This document shows, piece after piece, positions 38,557-51,330 of a stretch of DNA of 64,000 nucleotides. Positions within the stretch are counted from its first letter, which is position 1. Each line of letters opens with the position of its first letter. The notes under the pieces were generated by a model. The model made no database searches. It was not told the DNA's origin and saw only the letters and a program-made list of their open reading frames with translations. This DNA is from Octopus vulgaris. Taxonomy: Eukaryota. The stretch is from NCBI GenBank assembly GCA_951406725.2, contig OX597837.1, forward strand, positions 21,576,001 through 21,640,000, in the 5' to 3' direction. The position numbers were made by a program, and so were the translations under genes.

Positions 38557-39996
38557 GACATTGTAACAACTGAAACAGAAAAAGAGAGCAAGAATGAGAA
38601 AGGGAAAGAGAGAGAGAGAGAAAGGGGAAGGGAGAGAGAGGGACAGAGAGAGAATGAGTGACTGTTACAAATCAGTAAACTTAGTTTTCTTCAGTTTTCG
38701 ATTTAACTCAGTTTACATAGGCTTGCAACTTAAGATGACACTCTCTGCAATGGGTGTGAAAGCTAATCGTTATAACTGGCTGAAGTCCTTTATTCTCAGT
38801 CAAAAAGAGGTAGCCAGTAGCATGGTACTAGGACAACATTCTGCACTTTATATGATGACATTTAGAGTCTCGCATCAAGAGTTCTTAATCTCCTGATATT
38901 TGATGTGTACATTAATGTATAGGCGTAGAAGTGGCTGTGTGGTAAGTAGCTTGCTTACGAACCACATGGTTCTGGGTTCAGTCCCACTGTGTGGCACCTT
39001 GGGTAAGTGTCTTCTACTACAGCCTCGGGCCAACCAAAGCCTTGTGAGTGGATTTGGTAAACGGAGACTGAAATAAGCCTGTCGTATATATGTATATATA
39101 TGTATGTGTGTCTGTCCCCCCAACATCGCTTGACAACTGATGCTGGTGTGTTTACATCCCCGTAACTTAGCGGTTCAGTCATACTGAGTAGTCCTTGGGC
39201 AAGTGTCTTTTACTATATAGCTTTGGGTCAACCAAAGCTTTAATGGATTGACGATGTACCCAAGGGTGATCTATTGCAGGAATTTAAGCAAAAACTTCGG
39301 GCTGTCTGTATTTTAAACTCTGATTTTTTTTTTAAATTCGAAAAAGCGAAGCGCTTTTAGGAATTATGGGGGAGTTAAGGATTTAAAGAAAAATTTTTTT
39401 TTTTTTCGTAATGGTATGAATCCCCATGTGTAGAACATAAAATTTATTGTGCAACTCAATCAGATACGTGTCTCTAGTCTATATATCCGTTATTTCAAAA
39501 AGGCGTTGAAAAAATGCCATGCGGGATAACGAAGAATCACCGATTTGCTAAAGTGGGTAGCAGTAGTAAAAGGTTGAGGAACCGTTGGAATTGAGTTGTA
39601 GTTTGATTGTTTATCCAACACGTGTGAGTTCTACACAGCACACCTAGCACCTCTTTCTGAAAGTGACGAAACGAACCACAAACTAAGCTCTGGAAGCGGT
39701 ATAACTTGACAAAATAAATAAATGAAGGTTATGCTCAGCATGGCTGCGGGCCAATGACAAAAACCAATAATTTGTGATTCCAAATTTTGGCACAAGGCCA
39801 GCAATTCTGAAGTAGGTCGATTATATTGACACCACTCCACACACATTTCATCGACCCCGAGGTTTCGGCGATATTTAAACTCAGAACGTAAAGACGAACG
39901 AAACGGGGCTAAGCATCTTACCAGACGTGCTAACGATTCTGTGAGATGGCAGCCTTACAAAAATAAGTATTAAAGTTTTCCAAAAACCGCAATACA

Positions 39997-40359
39997 TTAT
40001 TCTGTTGTGTCTGGGGAAAGTCATTTTCTTTTTGTGCCTTATAATGTAACACACTCACCGGTAAAATTTCCACTTATTTCTTATTTTTCCAAAAATTTTC
40101 GTTGCGTCTTGTAACCTTTTCAATAGTCTTGACTATTGAAAGGGTTGCAAGACGCAACGAAAATTTTAGGAGAATAAAATTGAAAAGGTTGCAAGACGCG
40201 AAGAAAATTTTAGGGAAAGAAAAATAAGTGGAAATTTTACCGGTGAGTGTGTTGCATTATAAGGCACAAAAAGAAAATGATTCTCCCCAGACACAACAGA
40301 ATATGCTTCAACACACAAACTCATATAAAGAATCTTGCAAACCAAATCCAAAAACGAAA
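39997..40359. mobile_element. Fold-back (palindromic) element; related copy at 8850-9137
   Basis: Long inverted arms tattctgttgtgtctgggga...aatagtc|tt|gactatt...tccccagacacaacagaata, centred near 40130. Confidence 0.7.
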
Positions 40360-40836
40360 TGCAATACATTAATATTTGACATTTTTCTGGTGTGAATATA
40401 CCTGTTGATGTTTACTGTATATACCTTATCGTTTCCTGTTTGATATATTCATGAAATTTAATCAGCTATTTCAAAAAGCATTTGATATTTTTGACTTTTG
40501 AGCTGTTAAAACTCTTTAATGGTTAGCAAAGACTAGCACTAATTTCTTAGGCCTGTTTACAGTATCTTTCCTTAATCAATATAAAGTAGAAAGAAAAGCA
40601 CGTGTTTAACTCACCCACAACTCTTAACGTAACTGTAGGTTTGGCTGCAAAGCGGTGTCGAATATAAATTGTCACTATCAAATATTTTTCCGAGTTCATT
40701 CTCCTCTATAGTAGAGCAGTAAAGTTGGTAGAATGAGCAGTGAAACGGATTGAATGTGTTGCAGTATTTAGGATCCGTTTTCTTATAGTTCATTTCCAAT
40801 AGTGCCTAAGGTGTCGAACTGACAGAATCATTACTG

Positions 40837-41408
40837 GGATCTTTTCAGTTTGAACAGCAGTTTTTAAGAATAATTTCCACGTAACTAAACACTTTTGAAC
40901 TTCGTATACTGGTAGAATGTGTTTATAAAACATCTTTTTCTCTTGGCTTTATTGAGAAAATTCTATAGTTTGTAAGATATTTGGGATCTTTTCGGTTTGA
41001 CCGGCAGTTTTTAAGAATAATTTCCACGTAACTAAACACTTTTGAACTTCGTATACTGGTAGAATGTGTTTATAAAACATCTTTTTCTCTTGGCTTTATT
41101 GAGAAAATTCTATAGTTTGTAAGATATTTGTTGTTGTTTTTTCTTCAATTTCTGCAATTTCAACCAATCACTGACGTCTATTGAGGTAAAAAAAAAAACA
41201 TTCTGTGCCGAATGAATATGTCCCTCGTTTAAGAAACAGATTGGGTTTATTTACATTTGTGAAGAAAAAAAGATACCCTTCCCCCCACCCCTAACCCTAA
41301 CCCTAAAACAGATTGAAATGCAATAGATCGATACTAGGGTCATAATTATGGGTGACAATTTCATATGACACCGCCAGAAAAACTGCCGTTCAAACCGAAA
41401 AGTTCCCG
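40837..41408. mobile_element. MITE with a 146-bp tandem duplication of its left end and an internal (CCCTAA)3; relative at 42137-42518
   Basis: TIR ggatcttttcggtttga.cggcagttttt / aaaaactgccgttcaaaccgaaaagttcc. Confidence 0.65.
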
Positions 41409-42573
41409 TTACTGCGCCGGGGAAAAGGCTTAGCGGAATTTCGTTCATCTTTACGCTCTGAATTCAAATTCCACCGAAGTCGACTTTGCCTTTCTTCCTT
41501 TAGGGGTCAATAAAATAAGTACCAGTTGAATACTGGAGTGATGCAATCGACTTACTTCTTCCTCTGAAATTTCTGGCCTTATCCCAAAATTTGAAACCAA
41601 ATTGCAATAGAACCCGAAAAGAATCTTTTCTGTTGCTGCCACTGTTTTTGAAATTTTAAAATTAAGTGAACATTTCCAAATTTGCTATATAGATGTAATT
41701 TTTGCCGTTGAATCAGATTTTGTGATTCACTTGTTGCAGAAAAACAGAAAAATTTTAGAAAAATGTTACGGAGATTTAATGTTTGATCATTTTTACCCAA
41801 GCAGAATTTGGAAGCTGGCATTTTATGCGTGATAGCTGTCTATGACAACATTACGACGACAAACTTGTAAGAAGTTTCGAAGTTTCAATATGTTTTATTG
41901 ATAAAAGTCATATGAAATGTTGGAACATGCATGTAAACAATATAAAAAAGAAAAGATTTTCTTGAAATTAATAATGATTAAACCAAATCCAAAAACGAAA
42001 TAAAAATTATTAATTATTTTAAAAATCTTAAAAACAAGAGCAGAATCACACAAACTTTATGGAAGGATGTTTTCATGATGTGTTAAGTGCTTTTTGCTGT
42101 TTACAGCTCTTCAAACACACGAGTTATAAGGAAGCTCGGATCTTTTCCTTTTGAACGGCAGTTTTCAACACAATTTCTAGTTAACTAAACACTTTTAAAC
42201 TTCGTATACTGGTAGAATGTGTCATAATAAAACATTTTTTTCTCTTGGCTTTCTTGAGAAAATTGTACTTTGTAAGTTTAACGTAGTTTAATTTTTCGAA
42301 TTTTAACCAATCGATGGCCTCTATTTAGCTAAAATCATTTGCTGCGTCTAAAACTGAGACAACATCCTGTCACTGTTATGTTTACGTTCGGAAATTACAA
42401 TTTTCTCAAGAAAGCCAAGAGAAAAAATGTTTTATTTTGACACATTCTACCAGTATACGAAGTTTAAAAGTGTTTAGTTAACAAGAAATTGTGTTGAAAA
42501 CTGCCATTCAGAAGATCCAGAAGCTCTATAATTGTACAACACCAACTGTCCAGATATTGATTGTCTGGAGCCT

Positions 42574-42889
42574 CGGTGTCCCTTCGTTTTAACTCGACAA
42601 AATTATAACAAGACCTTGGTTGTTTCTGTGACAACTCGACAATTCACTTCAGATATCTTCATGACCTCTGTAACAGAGTGCCTGATCTGTTTTTGTGTTG
42701 TGGAATAGAGATATAACGAAATTATGCCAGCAAAAAGCCTTGCATATTTGTTCTTACCTGTTTCATGTGTGTATGTAAAATCCGCAAATTGTTGGAGGTC
42801 ACAAAGATATCCGAAGTGAATTGTCGAGTTGTCACGGAAACAACCGAGATTTTGTTATGGTTTTGTCGAGTTAAAACGAAGGGACACTG
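42574..42889. mobile_element. MITE with ~100-bp TIRs and 6-bp TSD
   Basis: cggtgtcccttcgttttaactcgacaaaa.../...ttttgtcgagttaaaacgaagggacactg, flanked by gagcct on both sides. Confidence 0.7.
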
Positions 42890-43185
42890 GAGCCTCTTAT
42901 AATCTGCCTAATTTATGAGCAGGAACTTCAAATTCCCATTGCTGCCAACCTAAGTTTACCGAGTGGTTCTGTTTCACAGTATCTTGCACAGTACACCATC
43001 ATCATTACCATTTAGAGTCCATTTTCTATGTTTGCATAGATTAGATGGTTTGACTGGAATTGGTAAGCCAGAGAGCTACATTAAGCAGCAATCATTTGTT
43101 TTGATTTTGGTTTCTACAGATGGATGCTTTTTCTAATGCCAACCACTTTACAGAGTGTATTGGATATCTTTTACAATGTGTCACT

Positions 43186-43400
43186 GGTATGGGTGTCTTT
43201 AACACGTCACCAGCACAGGTGCTGTTAATGTGTCACTAGCATGGGTGCCCTTCACATGTCACTGGCATGGGTGCCTTTAATGTGTCATTAGCAGGGATGC
43301 CTTCATGTATTACTGGCACGGGTGCCTTTAATGTGTCACTGGCTTGGGTGCCTTTAACGTGTCACTGGCTTGGGTGCCTTTAACGTGTCACTAGCACTGG
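43186..43400. repeat. Tandem ~29-bp repeat, about 7 units
   Basis: gtgtcactggc.tgggtgcctttaa repeated. Confidence 0.65.
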
Positions 43401-43817
43401 CCACAACTATGACTGCACTTGATTATGAGGAGGACTTAGAGTGGTGGGTCAAGAAAATAGACATCAGCGCAATACCAGAATGGGTAAGCTCTTTACTCTT
43501 TTACTTGTTTCAGTCATTTGACTGCGGCCATGCTGGAGCACCGCCTTTAATCGAGCAACTTGACCCCGGGACTTATTCTTTGTAAGCCCAGTACTTATTC
43601 TATCGGTCTCTTTTTGCTGAACCGCTAAGTGACGGGGACATAAACACACCAGCATCGGTTGTCAAGGGATGTTGGGGGGACAAACACAGACACACAAACA
43701 CACATATATATATATATATACATATGTAGTTCCCGGGTTGATACGGGGTTAACCACAGTAAGTAAGGTACTCAATACATATACATAGCAGAGTAAAATTA
43801 ATTTATTATATAGAAGG

Positions 43818-43868
43818 AGCTTCTACAGGACTAGTACTGTTTCATTCAAGAGAAATCTTCAGGAAGCT
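43818..43868 (-). ncRNA. Minimal type I hammerhead ribozyme (element D, left)
   Basis: Sense strand: agcttc-CTGAAGA-tttctcttgaat-GAAA-cagtactagtcct-GTA^gaagct. Confidence 0.85.
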
Positions 43869-44272
43869 ATTTAACAAGAATTGTATTAGCATTTATACAT
43901 TTAGAGGAGTGGTGGTGGGGGACTTTTTGGGGGTAGGCATAGCGCAAAATATCATACTTGGGGGAGTGGTCAAGGTAATAAAAAAAAAAATAAAAAAAAA
44001 AAAAAAAAAAATAAAAAAATAAAAAGATAAAATAAAAGAATAAAAATAAAAATAAAAAATATAAAAAATATAAAAAATATAAAAAATATAAAAAAATATA
44101 AAAAATATATATAAAAAAATATATAAAAAAAATATATATATAAAATATATATATAAAATATATATATAAAAAAAGGGGGGATAGAGTTATAGGTAAATAA
44201 GGAGATTCTCACTTATACCTATACACACATGTATACGTATCTACACACACATACGCACATACACATATATCT

Positions 44273-44325
<53 letters not shown>

Positions 44326-44788
44326 CCTACACATACACACATACATACATACAAATATACATATACATACATATATATACAATCCAATACAGGCCCATTC
44401 CCTAATTTTAATTTTATTATCTTCATTTATTACTTTTGTTATCTTTGATCGCTAGGGCTAAGAATCCTGGCAATAGCTGCTTGTCCGTTTGTCTGTCTAC
44501 TAGAAGGCAAGTACTCATTCCCGCACGCACACTCATTAGCACGTACATTCACCCATTCGTACACTCATACACATACACGTACGCACGCGTTATATTCATA
44601 CATACAAACATCTACATACGTTCACGTATATACACATACGTACTCGTACCTACAGATTCGTGTCTACACTTTAGGAGGCTAGTCTATACATATACACCAA
44701 TAAATATACATATATATATATATATATATATACACCCGCATATACATACACACACACACATATATACTCCTACATACAGATACATACC

Positions 44789-44842
<54 letters not shown>

Positions 44843-45350
44843 CATACATACACATACCTACACATACACACATACACATACACACACATACATACACATA
44901 TATATACATACACAAACATATATACACACACATATATATACATACACACATACACACATACATACGTATACATACATACATACATCTATACATCCATACT
45001 TACATGCATTTATACGCATACACACACCCATCTATATATATGTATATATATATATATATATATATACACACTCACACATACATATACAAATCTACGCACA
45101 CACATACATACATACACGTATACGCATACACGCACATACACATATACATGCGTACCCATACACGTGCACACACGCACGCGCATCCATATAAATACACACA
45201 CACACATATATATATACACGTGTGCAAGCATACATACATACTCATACGCGCACACATACTTACAAATACATATATGCACACACTTACACACATATATATA
45301 CATACACATATACATGCATACATACATATATGCATACATACACACACGCA

Positions 45351-45402
<52 letters not shown>

Positions 45403-46026
45403 TATACATACATAGACATACATACACATACATACACATACACATACGTACACACACATATACACATATATATATATACATATATATATATATACACATA
45501 CACGCATACATATATACACATATACATACATATACATACACACACACATACATATATACATATACACTGATACACATACCCATACATACACATGCATATA
45601 CTTATATTACTACATACTCACATATATAGACATATATACATATACACACATACATATATACATGTACATACACATACGCATGCATATATATATATATATA
45701 CACACACATATATACACATACATATATATATATATATATATACATACGTACACACACACACACACATACATATACACATATACATGTATACATACGCAAA
45801 AATGATACGCATATATACACATACACACACACAGACAGATGCATATACATACATATATATATATATAAACTACATATCTATATAAATACAAACATAATAC
45901 ACATATACACACACATATATATACATTCATGCATATACATATACAAGTATACATACACAAACATACACACACACGCGCACACATACATATACACACACAC
46001 ATATACAAATACATACATACACACAT

Positions 46027-46073
<47 letters not shown>

Positions 46074-46582
46074 CATGTACACATATACATATGTATATAT
46101 ATATCAACAAGGGAGGGTAAAGTTAATTAGTTATTAATCAATTTCATCAAGTGTTCAGTATGTAAAGGGACCATTATTATTTTGAGTAAACAATGTTAGA
46201 GGGAAAAAAATTCTCTAAGTAGTGGAAGAGGCTAAAAAACTTTATTGGCTGCTATTTCTAGAAAGTTTAGTATGTGGCAAAGTAATTTATTTTATTTTCC
46301 TAAGCCCTAATTATATAATATTTTATACATACATACACATACATAAGCACATACATTTACACATACATATGCATATACATATATACACATATACATACAA
46401 ACACATATACACATATACACACACACACACATACAAGCACATACATATATATATACATATATATACACATATATACCTTGACCACTCCCCCAAGTATGAT
46501 ATTTTGCGCTATGCCTACCCCCAAAAAGTCCCCCACCACCACTCCTCTAAATGTATAAATGCTAATACAATTCTTGTTAAAT

Positions 46583-46633
46583 AGCTTCCTGAAGATTTCT
46601 CTTGAATGAAACAGTACTAGTCCTGTAGAAGCT
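46583..46633 (+). ncRNA. Minimal type I hammerhead ribozyme (element D, right)
   Basis: agcttc CTGAAGA tttctcttgaat GAAA cagtactagtcct GTA gaagct. Confidence 0.85.
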
Positions 46634-47708
46634 CCTTCTATATAATAAATATATATATATACATATATACGACAGGCTTCTTTCAGTTTCCGTCTACCAA
46701 ATCCACTCACAAGGCTTTGGTCGGCCTGAGGCTATAGTAGAAGATACTTGCCCAAGGTGCCACGCAGTGGGACTGAACCTGGAACCATGTGGTTGGTAAA
46801 CAAGCTACTTACCACACAGCCACCCTGCGCCTATCTTGAACATTTAAAGAAATTTAACATAGACATTCTTCAGAAGTATGAAAGTTAGCCGTTTGCAAAT
46901 AGCATTTTCAACTGTTACAAGTAGTGTTTTAAAAAGAAGTTGTATTAACAGGTTCAATGAAGTCGCTTGGGGGTGGGCCAAATGGCTTCATTTCATTTAT
47001 CATTTTATCTGATTCACCCTTTCCATCCATTTTTTTTTTTTGCTTTCTGTACCCACCATGTGCTGTCCCCTCTGGGTTAGGTCCCATGTGGTTAATAAAG
47101 AAAGAGAGTTCCTTGTCTTGTTTCTCTAAAGGACTCCCAGCATGCAGTTTTGCTCTATCGTGTTAACGCTGGCCTTTCTTCAAGGTGCTTCTTACTGTCT
47201 GCTGGTGCCAAATACTCAGGTAACTGGATTGATGCATCCCTGTGGTTAATATTGGTGGTCTACTTCGTGTCTCTATTGCCCTCCGAGTGATTGCTGATGT
47301 ATGCATGGGTTTGATTTGTCATTGTGTCAGGCTCCTCGACTCCACAGGCCTCCATGGCTTTTCTTGCCACCTGAATGCTGGTCACTTCACACGTCATTTG
47401 AACTCAGAATGAAATGGCAGACGAAATACCACTAAGCAATTCGCCCTGCATGCTAACGTTTATGCCAGCCTGCCTTATATATATATATATATATATATCA
47501 TGTGAAATAGAAAGATGAATAATCTTGTAGTAGATTAATCAAAAGTTTAACCGATACCTTAGTAGCAAAAATCACAGCAGTAAAACAGCACGGTTGGAGG
47601 TACAACCATATGGTGTTGCAACCGTGCGTTGGTGCGGATAATTGAAATTAGAACATTATTGGTGAATTGAAGAAATGGAGCTGAACGCAGATTGAACAGA
47701 AATCGTTT

Positions 47709-47802
47709 TATTTCATTCTACACGTGTTTCGAAAGGCACAAATTACCAAAATCCGATGGAATAATGGGACCATATTGTGTCTTTCTCTTCAGGAAGAAAA
47801 TA
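47709..47802 (-). ncRNA. Type I hammerhead ribozyme (PLE E, copy 1)
   Basis: Sense strand: tattttcttc-CTGAAGA-gaaagacac...tgtgcctttc-GAAA-cacgt-GTA^gaatgaaata. Confidence 0.85.
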
Positions 47803-48385
47803 GGAAATCCGTTGGAAAAACAAAAACAGAACAGAGGCGGAGCAAAAACAAATCGAACTATGCTCCTAAGAGCCCATGGCGAAACTGTTTATCAGTGTAT
47901 GTTGAGAACCGGTGGCTGAAGAATTCAACGGGTCAGGCATCGGTCAATCATGTGGATGAGGGGGCGTAGATGTTCTTTGTGACCGAGAATAAAGTTCTAA
48001 CTATTTAAGGAATATTGGATGTTTTATAAGGGGCGAGAAAAAATCTACTTAGAGACGTGTGTGTGTGTATACTGTTCTATATACGTGTGTGTTGGCGTAG
48101 GGGTAGAAAACATTTTTTGTGTACGTGTGTGCGTTTGATCGTTCGGCTGTCAGTGGCTACTGCCGTGATGACCGTTGGGTGGCAGAAAAAAATATATATC
48201 ATGTTTTATGTGTGTGTGTGTTCTCATTTAAGCCTGCCTTGTCAAGGAAACCCCCGCTGTGAAAAAACCAAGCCCCGTTTGTCTTACAGGAGTAATTCCC
48301 CTTGCAGTGGTTAATCGTAGATATCTTAAAGGCTATTTCAGAATTTGTTACCAAGGGCTATGGGTGCCGGTATTATTTATAAACG

Positions 48386-51073
48386 CTATTTAAAAGCCAG
48401 ATAAGTGTAACGCCGCCAATGGGGGCATCGAAAAGCCGACTGTAAAAGCCCGTTTACCATCCGGCCTCTAGCAAACAAAATATGGAAGAGTTCGGAGACA
48501 CAAAGGTTGCACTGCCTTCTGCCCCTATCAAATGGGAGGGCCACCGACAAAATTGACCATTCCAGCCTGTAGCTTAAGTTCGTATCCTTCAGTCGCCATA
48601 TTAGCTTACTGAGTCCCGTGGTCTGGCGCTTGTTCATGTCCCGAAAAGTTGCGTAATGGTTGGAGACACGCAAAGACAATCTTGAGGATGAGGCCCCTAC
48701 ATAAGTGAAGACATCTGAGTCCGTGTAAACCTTGCATTGGTAGACGGCGTTTTTGATCTTGGAGTTCGCCGACGTGAATCTAATTCTGCTAGGATTAGTT
48801 TCTGAAATTAGAACTGCGTTCCTGTCACTATATTCGTTCCGAGACCTGCAGCCGCTTACTACTCTATTTTCCACTACGTCACTATTAACTATAGGAATAA
48901 CCCCTGATTCTCCACTATCTATCAAAGTGCTGTCATTGCTACTGCCCGTGGTGCTGCTATTGCGGGAAATGATGCTGGGGATGCTATTGGGGCTCTCTAC
49001 CCTACTCCCATTGTTACCGTCAACCACAACACCCCTATTTATAACTATACCCCTAGTGGGTACTCCCTGGCTGGAGCTGAGATTATGTGTCACTGTACTG
49101 GCTCTCATATCATTATTACTACTATAATTATTCCTACTGAGCATTAAACCGGGAGCGGAAGAGGCTGTGCCTCCGGAAAAAGGTGATAGGGTCTTAGTAA
49201 GTAGCCTATTATTATGGGAGGCGATTATCTGGGCGAGGTTTTTAGTGTTGGAGAAAGCTATCCTAACTTTATGCGAGTTAACCGTGGAGTAATATTTGGA
49301 ATTTCTGGGGAAGTTATTGGCGATGGCTTGTCTAAACATGAGGGGGAGGTTAGTTCTAATCTGCTTACCAAAGGGGATTACAAACCATATATGCTTATTC
49401 CTATCAGTGTGGTGGATCGGGACGCCAGCTCTCGCATTCGGGTGGGTGATTCTCGGATGAATGACGGGTCTTGGGTTAGTGTAAGACCTCCCGGACCGAT
49501 AATTATCCTTGTTCGCTAAATTAAATGCGGGAGCGACTACCCCGGCATCCACCGCGCTCCCGTCCTTACTTAAAATGTTAATGTTATTATATACGGCCCT
49601 ATCCTGATGACCGAATGATGGCATCGGAAGGGCCGGATCAATATAAATTACCTTCTGCCTATAACCGGCCTTGGATAGTGCGGCGTTATAAAATTCCGCC
49701 TTCTGCATAAAAATATCGGCACTGGCGGACAAGCCAGACAATCTTAGAGAGATGTTTTTAACCAAATTGTCTGTTACGGTTTTGGCATGATTTGAGAAGA
49801 CACTGACATACTTCAAATTAGTGGAAGGCTTATGGTAAGGGCAGTATGAGTCGCTATTAAGGTTAAGTGTAACGTCTAGGAAATTGGCCTTGGTGAGTTC
49901 ATTATCAAAAACTATACTCATGCCCATTCTATTAAAAAACCTAGCTAACCTGCTCTTAGTTTTCTGCACTATTCTGTTCGTGGTGTTTTGCAGGTAAAAC
50001 AGACAATCGTCACGATACAGGCCGCCCGCGATCTCCGGGAATTGGTCGGACAATTCGTAGAGAATATATATTCCGACCAAATCGGCTATCTGCGCACTAT
50101 CCGAACTACCCATAGGCACATCAAATTCATTGGGAGTATCTTTACGGATCCACAACTTATTATCAAACTTAATAAACGATTTCCTGGCAACTAAAATGAT
50201 ATCTATCTCTTCTCTGGTGAGGCCAGCCTTGTTGTGAGCATGCCAGAGGGCCTTATTTAGCACACTAGGGTTAATCGAGGGGTAGAAGCTGGCGATATCA
50301 AACTGAATGAACCTAGTACGGTTCTTATTGGGGATGGAAGAGAACCACTTCACTACCTGCGAGGAGTTGGCCCAGAGGCTGAGCTTCAGCTTGTTTACTA
50401 AACTAGGGATATATTTATCTAAAATGTACTTACTGATTATCCCGATATCAGATCTAGCAGGGCATATGAGTCTTAGCGCTGGGTTGGTGTGGAAGTTCGG
50501 TTTATGGTCCTTCACTATAAATCTGGGTTGCTTAGGGCTAAGCGGCTGAGTTCTCATTTGAATTCGGTGTTTAAATATTATTTCCTTAATTTCCAAGTTT
50601 ACCTTCCTCAGGGTACTCCAATTGGTTTTTCTATAATTTTTCTTGATCTCTTTACCGAGTAAATCTAGGTACTGCTTAATGGGCATCTTGTATGTGTTCC
50701 TGGTCTTGTCGGACTGGACCAGGACTCCGTCCGTTCTATTAATGTCCTTGGTAATTTTATCTAGGTATCTGAGGTGGGCATTTCTCCTGGGTGACTTCCT
50801 GAACTTAATCTTTCTAACTATGTCCCACAAGTCGTCCTCAAACTTCTTCAGTCTTGGGTTAGGTGGCGGCGTATCCAATGTTTTAAAAAGCCGGCCGTAT
50901 TCGGACGATGCTGTTGTCCGGTTCGATTTTAGATCTTCGTTCTCGTGGAAGAAAATGAGCCATCTTATCCGGTTTATGAATGCGTTGGTTTTACAAACCA
51001 ACTCCTTAAGGAAGGCATCCTTTGGTGGTATAGGAATATCCTTAAGGGACGCATCAATCTCGAACAACTCCAT
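48386..51073 (-). CDS. Intact PLE polyprotein (reverse transcriptase + C-terminal GIY-YIG endonuclease), 895 aa
   Basis: SDKT, FDIASFYPSI, FDVPMGSSDSAQIADLVG, GLYRDD, NFLDVTL, YHKP..Y..SNH; endonuclease AVY..YVG..R..H..W..CNLC.SE..CPH. Confidence 0.95.
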   Translation of the reverse strand: MELFEIDASLKDIPIPPKDAFLKELVCKTNAFINRIRWLIFFHENEDLKSNRTTASSEYGRLFKTLDTPPPNPRLKKFEDDLWDIVRKIKFRKSPRRNAHLRYLDKITKDINRTDGVLVQSDKTRNTYKMPIKQYLDLLGKEIKKNYRKTNWSTLRKVNLEIKEIIFKHRIQMRTQPLSPKQPRFIVKDHKPNFHTNPALRLICPARSDIGIISKYILDKYIPSLVNKLKLSLWANSSQVVKWFSSIPNKNRTRFIQFDIASFYPSINPSVLNKALWHAHNKAGLTREEIDIILVARKSFIKFDNKLWIRKDTPNEFDVPMGSSDSAQIADLVGIYILYELSDQFPEIAGGLYRDDCLFYLQNTTNRIVQKTKSRLARFFNRMGMSIVFDNELTKANFLDVTLNLNSDSYCPYHKPSTNLKYVSVFSNHAKTVTDNLVKNISLRLSGLSASADIFMQKAEFYNAALSKAGYRQKVIYIDPALPMPSFGHQDRAVYNNINILSKDGSAVDAGVVAPAFNLANKDNYRSGRSYTNPRPVIHPRITHPNARAGVPIHHTDRNKHIWFVIPFGKQIRTNLPLMFRQAIANNFPRNSKYYSTVNSHKVRIAFSNTKNLAQIIASHNNRLLTKTLSPFSGGTASSAPGLMLSRNNYSSNNDMRASTVTHNLSSSQGVPTRGIVINRGVVVDGNNGSRVESPNSIPSIISRNSSTTGSSNDSTLIDSGESGVIPIVNSDVVENRVVSGCRSRNEYSDRNAVLISETNPSRIRFTSANSKIKNAVYQCKVYTDSDVFTYVGASSSRLSLRVSNHYATFRDMNKRQTTGLSKLIWRLKDTNLSYRLEWSILSVALPFDRGRRQCNLCVSELFHILFARGRMVNGLLQSAFRCPHWRRYTYLAFK

Positions 51074-51330
51074 TATTGGTATCGGTTAAAGTAGCAGTTT
51101 CTTGACGAAGCGGTATGTATCATGTGAAATAGAAAGATGAATAATCTTGTAGTAGATTAATCAAAAGTTTAACCGATACCTTAGTAGCAAAAATCACAGC
51201 AGTAAAACAGCACGGTTGGAGGTACAACCATATGGTGTTGCAACCGTGCGTTGGTGCGGATAATTGAAATTAGAACATTATTGGTGAATTGAAGAAATGG
51301 AGCTGAACGCAGATTGAACAGAAATCGTTT

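Larger units (their letters stand above)
43725..46650 (-). mobile_element. Non-coding PLE derivative D (family A relative) with inverted ribozyme-bearing ends, splitting a SINE
   Basis: About 43803-43975 is the reverse complement of about 46476-46650; ends are homologous to the family A arms; interior is mostly (CA/TA) microsatellite; SINE halves at 43490-43722 and 46668-46833. Confidence 0.85.

Noticed and set aside
40611-40799. 62-aa - strand ORF ending at a GTGAG donor upstream of SETD4
   Set aside because: No recognisable homology and a non-ATG start; it may be a 5' UTR exon but cannot be supported without transcripts
41288-41306. (CCCTAA)3 telomere-like repeat; a degenerate run also at 36871-36915
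   Set aside because: Only three units, internal to a MITE; not evidence of a chromosome end or fusion
44436-46120. Many long Y/I/H/T- or V/C/M/Y-rich ORFs here and at 16100-17460, 19100-19470, 20200-20780, 24000-24750 and 25340-25820
   Set aside because: Translation artefacts of (TA)/(CA) microsatellite, which lacks stop codons
47692-48314. 75-, 81- and 85-aa ORFs recurring in the pseudo-LTR copies, plus antisense ORFs over the RT
   Set aside because: They recur only because the repeat is duplicated; antisense to the element, two with non-ATG starts, no recognisable motifs
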